From: Phoronis australis
Taxonomy: Eukaryota > Animalia > Phoronida
Direction: 5' to 3'
Assembly: GCA_002633005.1 (NCBI GenBank)
Contig: NMRA01000715.1
Location: 90,971-154,970 of the forward strand
Length of the DNA stretch: 64,000 bases
Position 1 is the first letter of the stretch. Each line of letters begins with the position of its first letter. A program made the position numbers and the translations under genes. Below the pieces are notes generated by a model. The model did no database searches. It was not told where the DNA came from and saw only the letters and a list, made by a program, of their open reading frames with translations. Of the stretch, positions 27,263 to 39,640 are shown in pieces.

Positions 27263-30200
27263 CTGAAATGAACAAAAGCAAATCAGTCTCTTCTTGTACC
27301 TTGAATCAGAAAGAAGGAGACTGTATGGAATAATACCAACCAATATAGGATGTGAAGTACAAGCCACAGTCAAAGTTTAACAAATGACACACAAGTCTAC
27401 ACAGAAAGACAAAGGCACGCAGAGTTAGTTGAGTTATAAGATAAATAACAGCAAGGCTTTGTTAATAAATGGTCATGCGTTAGAAGAAAACAACATCTAA
27501 ATGCACTGAGATCAGTTGCAAAGACAAGCGCACAACGAGAATTAACTATGTTGTTGGTGGGTAAATTTTTTGACAAAACTGAAGTAGTAGCACTGATATG
27601 GCAGGAAATCAGAGATACCGTAGTCAAAATAGTATTTTTCAAAACAAAAAACCAGCATGTCTTATTTTGTAGATGTTCTCAATGTAATCCCAAAAGCAGC
27701 AGAGTTAAACTGCAATAAACCAGCATTTCGTTGCAAAAATAACTTTCTATTCAAACCACTTATTGATATGAAACTGGTCTTGACTTTGTACTCAAATTAG
27801 AGGTAACTTCTGGACTTGGAAAGAACTGACAGTTTGTTATTAGTTGAGACCAAGCTCAACACATAACTAACAATTTCTTATTAGTTGAGAGCAAGTTCAA
27901 CACATAACTAACAATTTCTTATTAGTTAACTCTTTCAACTCCAAGTAACTGTCGGCCTTTGTGTCCCTGAACCCCAAGTAAGTTTGCACACATGGGCTGA
28001 ACTGAGGTGCTTGTTTTCAAAATTCCATAGACAATCCATTTATCATTGAATTTCAAAGTGTGACACACCAAAATGTAGAGACCAGAATGAACTTTATCAA
28101 CAACTTCATCAAAATTAAAAAGTCTCACTCTCTCAGGTAATGCAGGTAAGTAATACCTGAAACGCTGGTGTTTGTTTGCCAATTTGCCAATTCAATGTAT
28201 CGTTTAAAGAATAAGGTGGTTTATGAGTAACAGAGTCGTCAATATTCTTCAGCACCATTTCTTTAGATGCATTTTCGATCATATTTCACACCTTCTATTA
28301 ACATTTGAAGGCCATAAAGTGATTTAAATTCAGCGATCGTTAAGTTCAACGATTCAAATTTGTCCACTTCCTGTTGTGACTCGCACATCGTTTGGGAGTT
28401 CAAATTAATTACCCTGAAAATTTCACCGAATATTTCATCGATATAGATATTTTGAAAGTACTCAACTTGCTTATCAGAACCATCGTACACTCTAGAAGAC
28501 TCCACATGTTCAGAAACTTTGCGAAGTTGTAGGAGTTCAACAGCGTTTGTTTGACCCAATTGCGAAATTCGCGACCTGTTCCTCTGGTTCAAAGCCATGA
28601 AATTCAACTTCTTTGTCATAATAGTCAACAAACTCTGACCAGATACACAAGAATTCCTTTTTGGGTTATCTTGTATATTAATTAAGTAAAAAGCATACAA
28701 ATTATTGCCAATTTTGTCATTTGAAAAGTCTACGTCTGAATCGCAACTTATCGATCTAAATTCTTGGAAAAACCCCTCCAATAACTCATGTTACATCTTA
28801 GCAACGAATCAGAAAAGCTGTTAGAAATGAAGGTAAGTCTATATTTAAATTTGTGACGTACACAAAAGAATTCCCCTGGCTAATCAACCAATCAAATATG
28901 CTGCTGCTTGAAGTTTGGCATGTCGTGAGACCGACAAAGCGGTCCACGGTGTTGAATGGAGGTAAGTTTCAGAGACCGGTCAAGCAGTCTGTGGAGTTGA
29001 AAGGGTTATGAACAAGTTCAACAACTTGGCTTGTTGTCACGGCAGCTCATTTTATGCACCGAGCACGGTCTCGCGTCACAATAATGAGCCTTCAATTTTT
29101 TACAAGCTCAGAAACCTCAACTCATCTGAGTGCGGAGAAAGTTGCGCCAATTTTATAGTGATATGAGGTCTAAATCAAAAGTTTGTTTCTTTCACAGAAC
29201 ATGGATTTATGAAGAACACACCCAAGAAATGTATCATTCTTACATTACCAATACAACGTACAGACATGCATGGATAGCTGGCAGCAACATAAACAGCAAA
29301 ACTATAAGTCAAACTTCTAGAAGACTAAAACATCATGTAAGTCATAGCAAGATAGTTAGCAAGAAAAGAACAATTGAAAAACGTTAGAAATGGTTAGTTA
29401 CAGTGCTGCCAAGATGGCATGTCTATCTCGTGAGTAGCCTTGCTTCTCCAGGAAGGGGTTTCCTCTTATATGCAGGGGCACTGACAACATAAACTGTGGC
29501 AACATTGCAAGCGATTAAAGCCAGCCCCAGGCAGTTGACCAAAATGCCTTCACACGGAAAAGAACTATAGCCTCTGAAACAAAAACAGTGAGACCCACTG
29601 ATAACATGCCACGTTGTGCAACCAGTTACAGTAAAGTCAACCTTTTCCATACAGTACAAGGGATCACATGCTAGTATAAAATAGCGGGTAGGATGAACTA
29701 GACTGAAGTCTGAAGTCACATGCACATGCCCAGTGAAAGCAAAACTCATATATTTGAATGTGTCCACAAGACAGATGGCCATTTTAATTGTACGAGTCAG
29801 GAGGGTCAAAACAGCTAAAAGAAGTCTTGTAGCCTGGCACTACAAGTTTCAGTTAAAAACACTATGATGAGAAGACTGACACACGAGAGCTTTTTGTCAA
29901 GGTGTGTGGACATGTGAACAATTTAAATAATCTAATAAGTATTAACCAACTAAGTTGAGTAATTTTAGCATGTGGGCGATGAATTCTGAAAGTGTCAGAG
30001 ACCAGGATTAGTAAGGGTTAGTAAGGGCTAGTAAGGGCTAGTAAGGGCTAGTAAGGGTTAATAATAAATGTAGGTCAGCACATCATTTGTTTTGTAACAA
30101 TCATATAGTAGACTGTAGAAGCTTGAAACACACATTTATAAAGTGATAACACTAACCACTACCAACACAAAGTAAAACAACAGGTAGAAGCACACTGACG

Positions 30201-32847
30201 TTAGTAGCATTATTACTAACAGCATTACAAGTCTGACTTTAGCTCAACTGTATTCTAGTTAACATAGAGTGGTTAGAAAATCAGATGGCTTCCCCAAATA
30301 AATGTACATCCCTATAATACGCTGACTTTCAAAAATAACTTGAAACTGTGAATTTTAAGCAAAATATGAAACACGAAAGTACAATTTTCAAAAACAGATC
30401 ATTACTTCTTATTCAGGCCCAATTTCAACATGTAGTGTCTGGTATGGCATATAAACACTAAGTAGCATTCCACAGCCACACACAGGGGTATCAGAAATGG
30501 TAAGCTATGAAAGGGGGCATCGCAAAGGGTACTCCATGAAGGGGACGCATCACATTCCTATAACCCAATCTACGTCCAGAAGGTGGCGATATGCGAGGTA
30601 GCAAGTAGTTTGGCTGCAGCCATCTTGTATGCAGAATTGAGAACAACACTGTCATGCCTTCAACAAATTTTTGTGAAAGAAATATTGGCACAAACATACT
30701 TATTGAAGATTGATGAGGGATGTGGTAAACACAGTGGGAGTTGTGAATATGTTAGAATGCTCCAACACAAGAGGGCACAGAACTACTACTGATCCATCCA
30801 GTGATTGGTAGACATATGCTGAATTTTATAAACATCCTGTAAATAATATGGCTGAAGGAAATACAGATGGTAGATTCCTAGACAAGGAAGGCAACTATAT
30901 GTACCTCCACTGAGGTTCATGAAATTTGCAACTGAAACAATATTTGATTGACACTTGCACGGCAACAAGTGTAATCCTCTTTAGACAACAGTGACCTCTA
31001 GTAACAGCAGCAGGCAAAAAGGGTGGACTCACTGAATGGAAAAGAATGCTTTCTCACAGATTCCCATGAGGCAGGTGGCAATAGCCAGTGTGTAGATAGC
31101 CATCCCCCAGTAGCGATGCACACTCATGTACGACTCCCGCGCATTCTGACTCAGTTTGGGGAACAGGTAGGCAATGAATCCACACAGAAACTGAAATGAA
31201 CACACAGAGTTTCGTGGAACCAATCATGGCTATAGTAAAGTGCTCTTAGGGCACCCAAAGCATAGAGAAACGAAGGAAAATATAACACTGACATCTCATG
31301 TTGTTTATAAGAGGTAATAATGAACTGTTAGAAATTGTCAGTTTGAGACTAACAATTCTATAAGCCATTGTCAGTTCAACATTAGACTGATATCATTTTT
31401 TGTTATTACGTACCTGTAGGCCGAACAATATGACTGTGGACAGTCCCATCCAGCTATGGAGAGAGTAGAGGTTAGGTATAGGAGGATTGTGCAGGTTGTG
31501 AGAGTCAAACACAGCCACTAGAGCCACGATGACAAAGACAACGACCAGTAGCTGGATACACAAGTGCAATATTTTGGTGACAGTCTTTGGCCAGTTACGG
31601 AACACTCTGTAGACAAGCATGGCTGCAAGATATAACATTGGTGGTTCGTTACTCATGGTAGTCTACATTCGCCAGTTACGGAACACTCTGTAGACAAGTA
31701 TGGCTACAAAAGTTGGTGGCTCATTACTAGTAGGCTACTTTTCTCACGGTCTTACATGTAAGTGTGCACGAGCAGGGCTTAAGACATAGCATTGGTGAAC
31801 TGGTTACAAGGGTACTTTGAAGACAGTCATTGGGAATCTAAGGGTACTCTGTAGATAAACATGACCATAACACATAGCAATGCAGAAGATCATTAGGGTA
31901 GTTTGAAGATGGCCATGGAAACATATCAGACCATGGCTGTTATATCTGGTAGTAATTACTTTTTACATAGCCTTGTTGAGTACATAGGGCACTCTGGTTA
32001 TTATCACACAGACACTAGACATGAAGTTGTCAAAGTTTATAATACCACCCCCAGGACGCTGAGTGAAAGTCTTTGGTCAGATATGGAAATAGAATGCAAC
32101 ACAACCAAATGCTCTGAAGCAAGGCAAGACGGTAATGTATGACATAACAATGTTGAAACTTATAAAGAGACTGTGGTGTTTTGGATGTTTGTTTTAGCTT
32201 AATGACTGAAAACATAGTCATGTATCTGAGAAATACTGCTCTGATATGAGATAAACCCATTTTTTCTCATGTTTGATCCTCCAGTATGTACATGCATTTC
32301 ATAGCCTGAACATCTGAACACACCATCCTGTCATCTTGCTTAACATTCAGCAAACCTCCCAGGCTCCCTCTAACATTTTGCTCTAGATTTCAGTGTTCAT
32401 TTTTCACACCAATGATTAACAATAGTTATTGCAGAGACTGCCCACAATCAAGCCCCAAATATGGCTGACACATTACGTGACAGTGTGGATTAAGCGGTCA
32501 AGGACCCTTCATAGAAAGTTGTCTTCATACCTACCATCAGGCAACATGTTTACAATGACGAAAATGTTAACAACAAAATGCTTTAATGACTTCAGGACAC
32601 TGAGAAGGAAAGTCCAAACGTTACCGTCGCCATACAGGAAGACGAATCCCAGCACCATGAACAGTGGGTGATAGTTGAACTCGATGGCAGGATTTTCCCT
32701 CCAGGCAAACCCCCCTCTATAGACACCCATCCATACAGCCACAAGTATGACGGAAATGAGTCCAAACACCTGGGAGGCACACACCTGCCAGACGAACGCC
32801 CAGAGGCTACGGGGCTGGGACCCTTCCAGAGAGTCATACTCATCCAT
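27109..32847 (-). CDS. Cytochrome b561 family transmembrane ascorbate-dependent ferrireductase (CYBRD1/CYB561A3-like), 246/247 aa
   Basis: Exons 32847-32625, 31622-31414 and 31190-31033, then either 29573-29423 or 27262-27109; all GT-AG, phases 1, 0, 2. Four heme His are present (FNYHP, KILH, YSLHSW, SVHRYWG), as are the motifs AMLVYRVFR and SLHSW and six hydrophobic segments. The ATG exon has an acceptor at 32850-32851, so an upstream exon exists. Confidence 0.93.
27836..27929. repeat. 43-bp tandem repeat; the third unit is interrupted by the piggyBac insertion
   Basis: TTATTAGTTGAGA(C/G)CAAG(C/T)TCAACACATAACTAACAATTTC x2, then TTATTAGTTAA|element|TTATGAACAAGTTCAAC. Confidence 0.75.
27930..29005 (-). 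mobile_element. Internally deleted, decayed piggyBac element
   Basis: TTAA|CTCTTTCAACTCCA ... TGGAGTTGAAAGGG|TTAT, i.e. a 14-bp TIR with a TTAA-type TSD. Internal ORF 28263-28781 resembles a piggyBac N-terminus (acidic start, YFQNIYIDEIFGEIFRVIN, LTIAEFKSLYGLQMLIEG). No intact DDD region. Confidence 0.75.
29423..29573 (-). CDS. Cytochrome b561 alternative last exon A (TM6 + tail ...KRKPLPGEARLLTR*)
   Basis: Acceptor TTTTTGTTTCAG|A completes the phase-2 codon. Translates as GYSSFPCEGILVNCLGLALIACNVATVYVVSAPAYKRKPLPGEARLLTR*. Confidence 0.88.
30008..30060. repeat. 10-bp tandem repeat (TAGTAAGGGY) x5
   Basis: Visible directly in the sequence. Confidence 0.9.
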
Positions 32848-35005
32848 CACTGGAAAGACCAAATAATATTGTTAGGCAAATGAGAAAGTCAAGGAGGTCT
32901 GCAAGTCTGAAAGAGATGAGAACTTCAGACGACTAAGATTATTCATTATTGGGACCAGAAATCAGGGAAAGGCTAATAGAAAAAAATTCTTTGCTAGTTG
33001 TGAAATTTATACTATTTTTCAGACATGGAACCTAGAAAAATGTCTAAGTTTGGCTTACGTTGGAACATCATATCCCAGAAATGGTTGATTGTATTTAAAT
33101 GGAACTTTCACAGTGCTTTATAGACTGTCGTTCCATTTTAGCATAAGAGGGTATCAAAACAGTGCTTTTATGATTTTCATGAAAAACTCACAAGTCGCAT
33201 CAAAGAATGTTACAAAATGACATTTACTTACAGCAACAATAGTTTTGTCTTGAACATTTATACCGAACATGAACTTGGTCAAGTTATTGATCAATACCAT
33301 TGTTTTGGAAATTGCAACCAACGTTCCTTAAATTTGCCAAATTTCACTAAAAAGACATAGTCACAAGACCTAATCAATAGCAGATTGGTAAAAAGTCAAA
33401 AACCAAAATCTTTCTCCTTAAATTCAGATACTGAATTAAAGTCTATTGAGTTTATACTCAAGAGATTAAATACAAAGGCATCCATAAGGTCATACACAAT
33501 GGCAACAGAAAAAAAAATGTCCTACTCTTCACACAACATCGAAGGAAATAATAAGCCCAAGTCTCTTCTTTCCTTGCACAGCAAAGAGAAATGGAAAATC
33601 CAGTTGTAAACTGAAATAGACTGAAACCAGTAAATGTCTATAGGGCCATATCTTTACATAACTGTCAGGACTAATATCCAGAGGGCTTGAAATCAAAACA
33701 CCAGGATATATGGGCATTAAGATGAACAGTTGACTTGTGCAGGGGTAGGCTTTCAACATTTATGGCATACAAGCTTATTAAGAATGTGCACCTGACTTCC
33801 ACCTTGAAAGTCAAGCCCATAATGGGCAGTCTTTAATAACTTCCTTTTCAAGTGGCACTAATCTCCATCACTGTCTAGCCTTAGGAAGATATTCAGCACA
33901 GTGCTTATAGGTGCCTAGACCTAAACTAAGTGAATACTACCTACATACTGTTAGTCTCTGGATGTGGTAGAGAAAGGAAACTGCCAGCTTAACTGGTGAT
34001 TAATGATGTAAGTAATTAATATACCAGGCAACAATCTGACACACAATGCACAAAACTATATAAAGCATGCTGATCAAAAAATCAATATTCAGTGAAGTAA
34101 AGTAAACAGGCTCTCCCACAGACCTTATTACATGTAGGTAGTTATTACAGTCTTAGCATGCCAGGAAATGATCAGGCAAATGGCAAAAGACCTTTTGGGA
34201 CAAGCAGGGTGCATTTCTGTCCTACTTCCCTTGGTATGTGATTGTCTGAACCTGCCACTAAACAGCACAAATTAACCAAAGATTTGTAAGACCTTGTGTT
34301 GGTTTTTCATGAGCAATGAGATTATAGATCTTAGCAGTTCATGCAAAAGATGGTGATTTTGACCTATTTTTTGCTGAAGTAGTCTAGGAAATTTGCAAGT
34401 AGTTTATTAAATGGATTAGGAAAAAAATGCCATGCACAAATACACGGGGAGGGGCTCACAAATGGGACCATGTACAAAAAACACTTAACACTCAATAAGA
34501 CTGTAACTTCAACAGTCAGCTAGTGCCTCAATTTGCACCAATCTGCAACCAGTACTTCCCACATGACAATATGTGCCGGCATTGTTTAAACTTTTGCTGA
34601 AAGCAGACTCCATCAAAGACATTTGGACTGAAGTTGTATCACAGCTACCAAACATACTTGGAATATAAAAGGATCTTCACATGACATTAAAAATGTTTTG
34701 TTTTTTGCCGTAAAAACAGATCTGTTATGGTTAGTTCTTCATGCAAAAAAGGAATATTTTAAAAACAATGCCAAATGGCAGTTGATGGGAGCTGTGCACG
34801 AGCCCAGTATTTGAAAGTTAATTGAATCTGATCAACCATTTCCAAAAAGTTTTAACATGATGTTCCAAACTTAGCCAAATTTAAATTTGGACATTTTCTT
34901 GAATCTCGTATAATTTCAACTGGCCTATATTACAAAAGTACAGTTCAACAAAGCTGCTTATCGACCAACACTGATAGGCAACATGGATACTGTGAAGAGT
35001 GTACC

Positions 35006-37929
35006 CCACCCATTGTGTCATTAAATTTTCAATCACACACTATGATTGCATCATGTCAGCACCCACAAAGTAGAGATGTTGTGGCCATAATACTTTGTAT
35101 GGTACATACACATTGCAATGAAACACAATCAGCTGGGATTGTCAATCAGTGTAAAGGGTCTAGCATATTCAGGCAGTCATTCCTCAAAATTCCAGCCAGG
35201 ATGCCCTAAACCCATAACCTAGACCAGCAAACATCATATACTGGCACAAATCCCAGATCTGTGCTACAAATCTCCACAAACTCACCAAAAACGCTCTAAA
35301 CCCAATGACCAAGTCCATTCCCAGGGACCCACTTGACCTCACATGAACTGTTCAACAGGAGCTGGAGTTTGGTCTCCAGGTACACAACATTAAAGTCCTG
35401 TGTGTGGAGTAAAGGGGTGTGGCATTGGAATTTGTACTGGAGGTTTGATATTTAGTTATATAGTCTGGGTTTTAGGGTCTGTAGGAGGAACAGATGGGTG
35501 CAGCTGTGCATTGTAACATAATAGGTTCATGACAATGTGGTTAGCACTTAATATCAGGTGAGGTAACTGGATTAAAGTGAGCCAAAAAGATGGTGTGAAT
35601 TTCACTTACCCTCTGAACACTTGGTGTTCACCCAAACTCAAACTGGTGTTATAAGAGAAAGCTATGTCATATAACCAAACCCATTTCCTAAGGCCTTACC
35701 TCAAATATGCCCAGACAATAAATAAGGAGACTTGTAAGATACAAGCAAATGGAGCATCACAAAGAGTGCTTCCACAGCAGACTATGTCATTATGTTAGTA
35801 TTGTTGTAATGTCTGGGTTCTGGACCCTGGGCTCTTGGTGTTGCATAACACTTTACAGGTAGCTATATAATCCTGTATTTTAAATTGTGGAGTTAGAATT
35901 GAACAATTTTAACTAGAGTAAAATCAACAGGGTAATTTTTAGAGGCATAAAACAAATAGCAGTGGTNATCTCCCATATTCCATTTGGCAGTACTCAAAAT
36001 CACAATGTCAAAATTCAACAAAACCATAACTAATTAACAACCTTTCTTTTGTCCCAGAGCATCTTTCAGACAACTTCTTGACAGTTGTTGAACAGAACAA
36101 ACATTGATTTTACTATGCGCTCCTTCATGGAAAAACTGGGCTTTCTTAATTGTGCTGTGCAATTTTCAATAAACTGATGTATTCTTGAAACTGTTACCTC
36201 AGCAGTGCAGGCTAAAGGTTAAAATAAGCACTTACCTGGAGCTAGACAAGAATCTCTCTGAAATTGGTTTAAGGATAATTCCTACAATCCTCTAGTGATA
36301 TCAACTAATCACTCACATGAACCTCACGTGTCCAGTTATACAATATCTATTCTTATATTGTCAACATTTGGTAGTGGTAAAATTGTACTACGTACCTTTT
36401 TATCAATGAATTAAACAGTGGGGTGAATTTGCCAAGTCATGCTGGAAACTAGCTCAATAGAATACCAGCAAAACAGTGATAACAGGGAAATTGTATTAAC
36501 GAGATGTCAGTGAGAATGTGAGAGTGTGTGAATGAAGAACTGCCCGTGCAGCAAGGAAATATTTTTGTTATGAGGACTGCTTACTAGAACTTTTGATGAT
36601 TATCTAGCTTCTTACCACATGCAAGAGATACAAAGTCATCGATGTGTTCGGTTTTGCATAAAACAGACATCTTAAGACACATTAAGTGAATTCCTGACAA
36701 TACATTTGCAGGTCTTCTAAGCAATTTTTGTCAGACAACAGGATGTAAGTTGAGTGTGTATGATGATGGACACAAGTGACGGATGTATACTCTGAATTTT
36801 TTAGTATTGTAGGTTCTCGCTAAAGGGGACTTTTCATATTCATTTGGCACTCTCTAGTGTAATGAGAGCATGAACATGAGTTCCGACTGATACCGACTCA
36901 GATTTGATGGACAGAAATTCAATTACTACATAGTGGTTCATTAATTTAAAAGCAGGGGAATGAATCCCAATTTTCCACTGTTTGAATATTTTATGTTCAG
37001 TAATTTATTATAGCTTTTTGACATCGACTCGGATCAAAATTCTGACGCTTTATAAGCTGCAGTCATTGGCTTTGCCATCACGATACTTCTTTGCAGTGGG
37101 AAATGTATGAAATATGATGTACATGTTCATCCATGGATATTGCAAAAAGTCTGCCTTCTTTGTAAGACAGTAGTACATCCCTCCGCACAGCACTGAATTT
37201 CAATATGGCACGGCTACTTTGAATGTTATGAAGAACAATTCAAACTTGTGTATTTAAGCTATATATTGGTCTTTTGCTAAAGATTCAATTTTTAATTAAA
37301 ATACACTGACTGACCTTTCACCTGAAATCATCAGCTCCAGTAAGCCAATGGTGGGTATTACTAGATTTTAATTTTTCAACACAACTTGGTTAGATACAAA
37401 ACAACTGGTTCTGTTTGGTTTAGTTAACTGCAAAGGGCATTCATATTTTGATCCAAGACAAAGGTGGTGTCTTGCAGTGTAAACACAGACACTAAATTAT
37501 ATCAAAAAGAAGATTTTGATTTTGGAATATGTGGAGATCTCTAATAAAATACTCAAATGCTGGTCGTTTTTAGTAATTAGCTTGGTTAGCTTTTCATTCA
37601 GCTTTTTAACTCGATGAATAAACAAGCTTTAGTCCAATAATATATACCATGTATTATACATTGCAAAGTTAATAAAATTGGTTTCATTACAATCATAACA
37701 ATGACAAAAATATGATATCTGCACCTGATGACAAGGTAAAAAACAATATTTTCAATGCTTTCATACAAAATAAATACATAACCACAACATAAGACAATGT
37801 GTCGTGTAAAACATGGGTAGAAATGTCCATTCCAAACATTACAACAGGCGAGTCGAGCTAAGTTCCTTGGGTATGCTATGCTCAGAAAACCATATGTTAA
37901 ACACTTATTCATATCACATTTTAATGCTA
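35006..37929. repeat. ~2.9-kb direct duplication, copy 1 (matches 40985-43955)
   Basis: Co-linear, high-identity match with scattered SNPs and small indels. Duplicate ORFs appear in the track (37598-37912 vs 43625-43939). The copy ends at the MITE at 37930. Confidence 0.9.
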
Positions 37930-38754
37930 CACATAGTGTACTTAATTATCGGACGGAACCTAAATATCGGACATTTCATAGAATCTTACTTGAAGCATAA
38001 TCTGAGAATTAAATGACACCAATTTTTGTTCCGTTGTAATGCATTCAATGTCCGGCACCGTCTCGTTTTTTTTACAGCGTTGCCTCATTTTGATTTCACC
38101 GAGAGAGGGTGCAATTTAGACCCCCAAGTCGGCCTCAAAAATGGACGATCGCATAAATCGGTTATAAAAGTTGAAAATAAAATCTTTTTCCACAATGAAA
38201 CCATCTCATTGAACTGACAATATGTCACTGTTCCATTTTTTCGTTTGTTTTTAAACTCAAGTCTAACCCCGACCGCGCACGTGCGGGTGTCATATCAAGA
38301 AGCCTAAGTGATACTAAAAACTGCACTGAGTTTGCACGTGCTTTAGTCGTCTGCACTAATTCATCGAAACGACTTGGCGCCGTCATCAGATTTCATTTCA
38401 TGGATAATTTTGTTGCGAATGGACCTGGGTTCTAGCTGCATATATGTCAAAAATTTGGAGCTGAAATTTGGCGACAAGGTGCCCGCGGCCATTACGTGGT
38501 TAGTCAGTTTTCCGCGGTGTGGCGTATGGAGAAACATGGTGTCCGATATTTAGGTTCTCCGAAGGTTTGGTTGTTGTGTTTTTTGAAGATCAGCCGGAAC
38601 ATAAATGTGGCTTTCAGTGACAAGATATAGTAACAGAACAATTCCGTGAAGGTAAATCTTTATTTCAGCAAAGAATTTACTACAGTCCGTAATATTTTCA
38701 ATTAAATATAATGCAAAATGTGCCAAAACGTCCGATAATTAGGTCACTTGACTG
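37930..38754. mobile_element. Tc1/mariner-pogo-type MITE with TA TSD
   Basis: TA|CACATAGTGTACTTAATTATCGGACG ... CGTCCGATAATTAGGTCACTTGACTG|TA. An internal AACCTAAATATCGGACA motif recurs inverted at ~38540. Confidence 0.7.
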
Positions 38755-39455
38755 TATATGAATTCCGTCTGTTTTGCATTACCACAGAAAACCAGGGTCT
38801 CTGAAGTGAAGTAAGCAATTATTGATAGAAATATTTAAGAAATTCAACACTACAATTCATGAACTCTACCCTTGATTGTCAAAAAGTTTCTTGTTTACTA
38901 AATGTATCCTGATTGTTCTGCATATGTATGTATACTGATATTTATCAATCAACAGATAACAATTGTCTGCAGATGTTGGGTGAATTTGTTTGCAGTTTCA
39001 TGTTTAATTTTGTGTACAAGTTAAATTAATTTGTATTCTAGCTGTAAGCTTATATCTTATTGTCCCATAATGCCTTTTCATGTTATTTATCGATAACACT
39101 TTTTAGTCTACCTTTTCCCAGAATTACAAACTAATACATGACATTGAGCTTGTCTGAGAATCGAGGCAATGTCTCTAACACGTCAATCGAGTATCATCAC
39201 AAGACTCACACCTGGGCACAGTTAAAAGCGTTCCTGTATAACATTCGCTTGCCGTTTCCATTCGAGTAGTCCCAAGTCAATTGCTCTACACACTTTCTTA
39301 GTTGATTTGGTTACAATAAAGTCGGGTAGAAAACCCAAGAAAGGGTTTGCTTTACTACAGTTCAGTCTTAAAGTAACAAATATCACCTTACGTCATTCAC
39401 AGATATGGTGGAGCGGAGCCAGGGGACAGAACAGTGGTAAGTGATGAAAGGAAAC

Positions 39456-39640
39456 TGTCCTGTCTGATTGGGATGGTGAGGCAGTTTGTCTGCACGTTGG
39501 ATGGGTATGCTAGGGGTTGTCCTGTTTTATTGGGATAGTGAGGGAGTTTGTCTGCACGTTGGATGGGTATGCTAGGGGTTGTCCTGTCTTATTGGGATGG
39601 TGAGGGAGTTTGTTTGCACGTTGGATGTGAATGCTAGGGG
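39456..39640. repeat. ~61-bp tandem repeat x3
   Basis: Unit TGTCCTGTCT(G/T)ATTGGGATGGTGAGGGAGTTTGTCTGCACGTTGGATGGGTATGCTAGGGGT. Confidence 0.85.

Noticed and set aside
24000-29420. Iron-responsive elements in the b561 3' regions
   Set aside because: The CAGUGN loops I inspected on the minus strand (near 24480, 25450, 25503, 26962, 26993, 27504, 27591) lack the 5-bp upper stem. The scan was manual and not exhaustive; SIREs or Infernal RF00037 would settle it.
30786-30911. Third alternative last exon of b561 (GGTYSCLPCLGIY... after a phase-compatible CTCAG)
   Set aside because: Only a short resemblance to YS.FP.EG, with a weak polypyrimidine tract, no TM6 and no YKR.PL motif. Probably chance.
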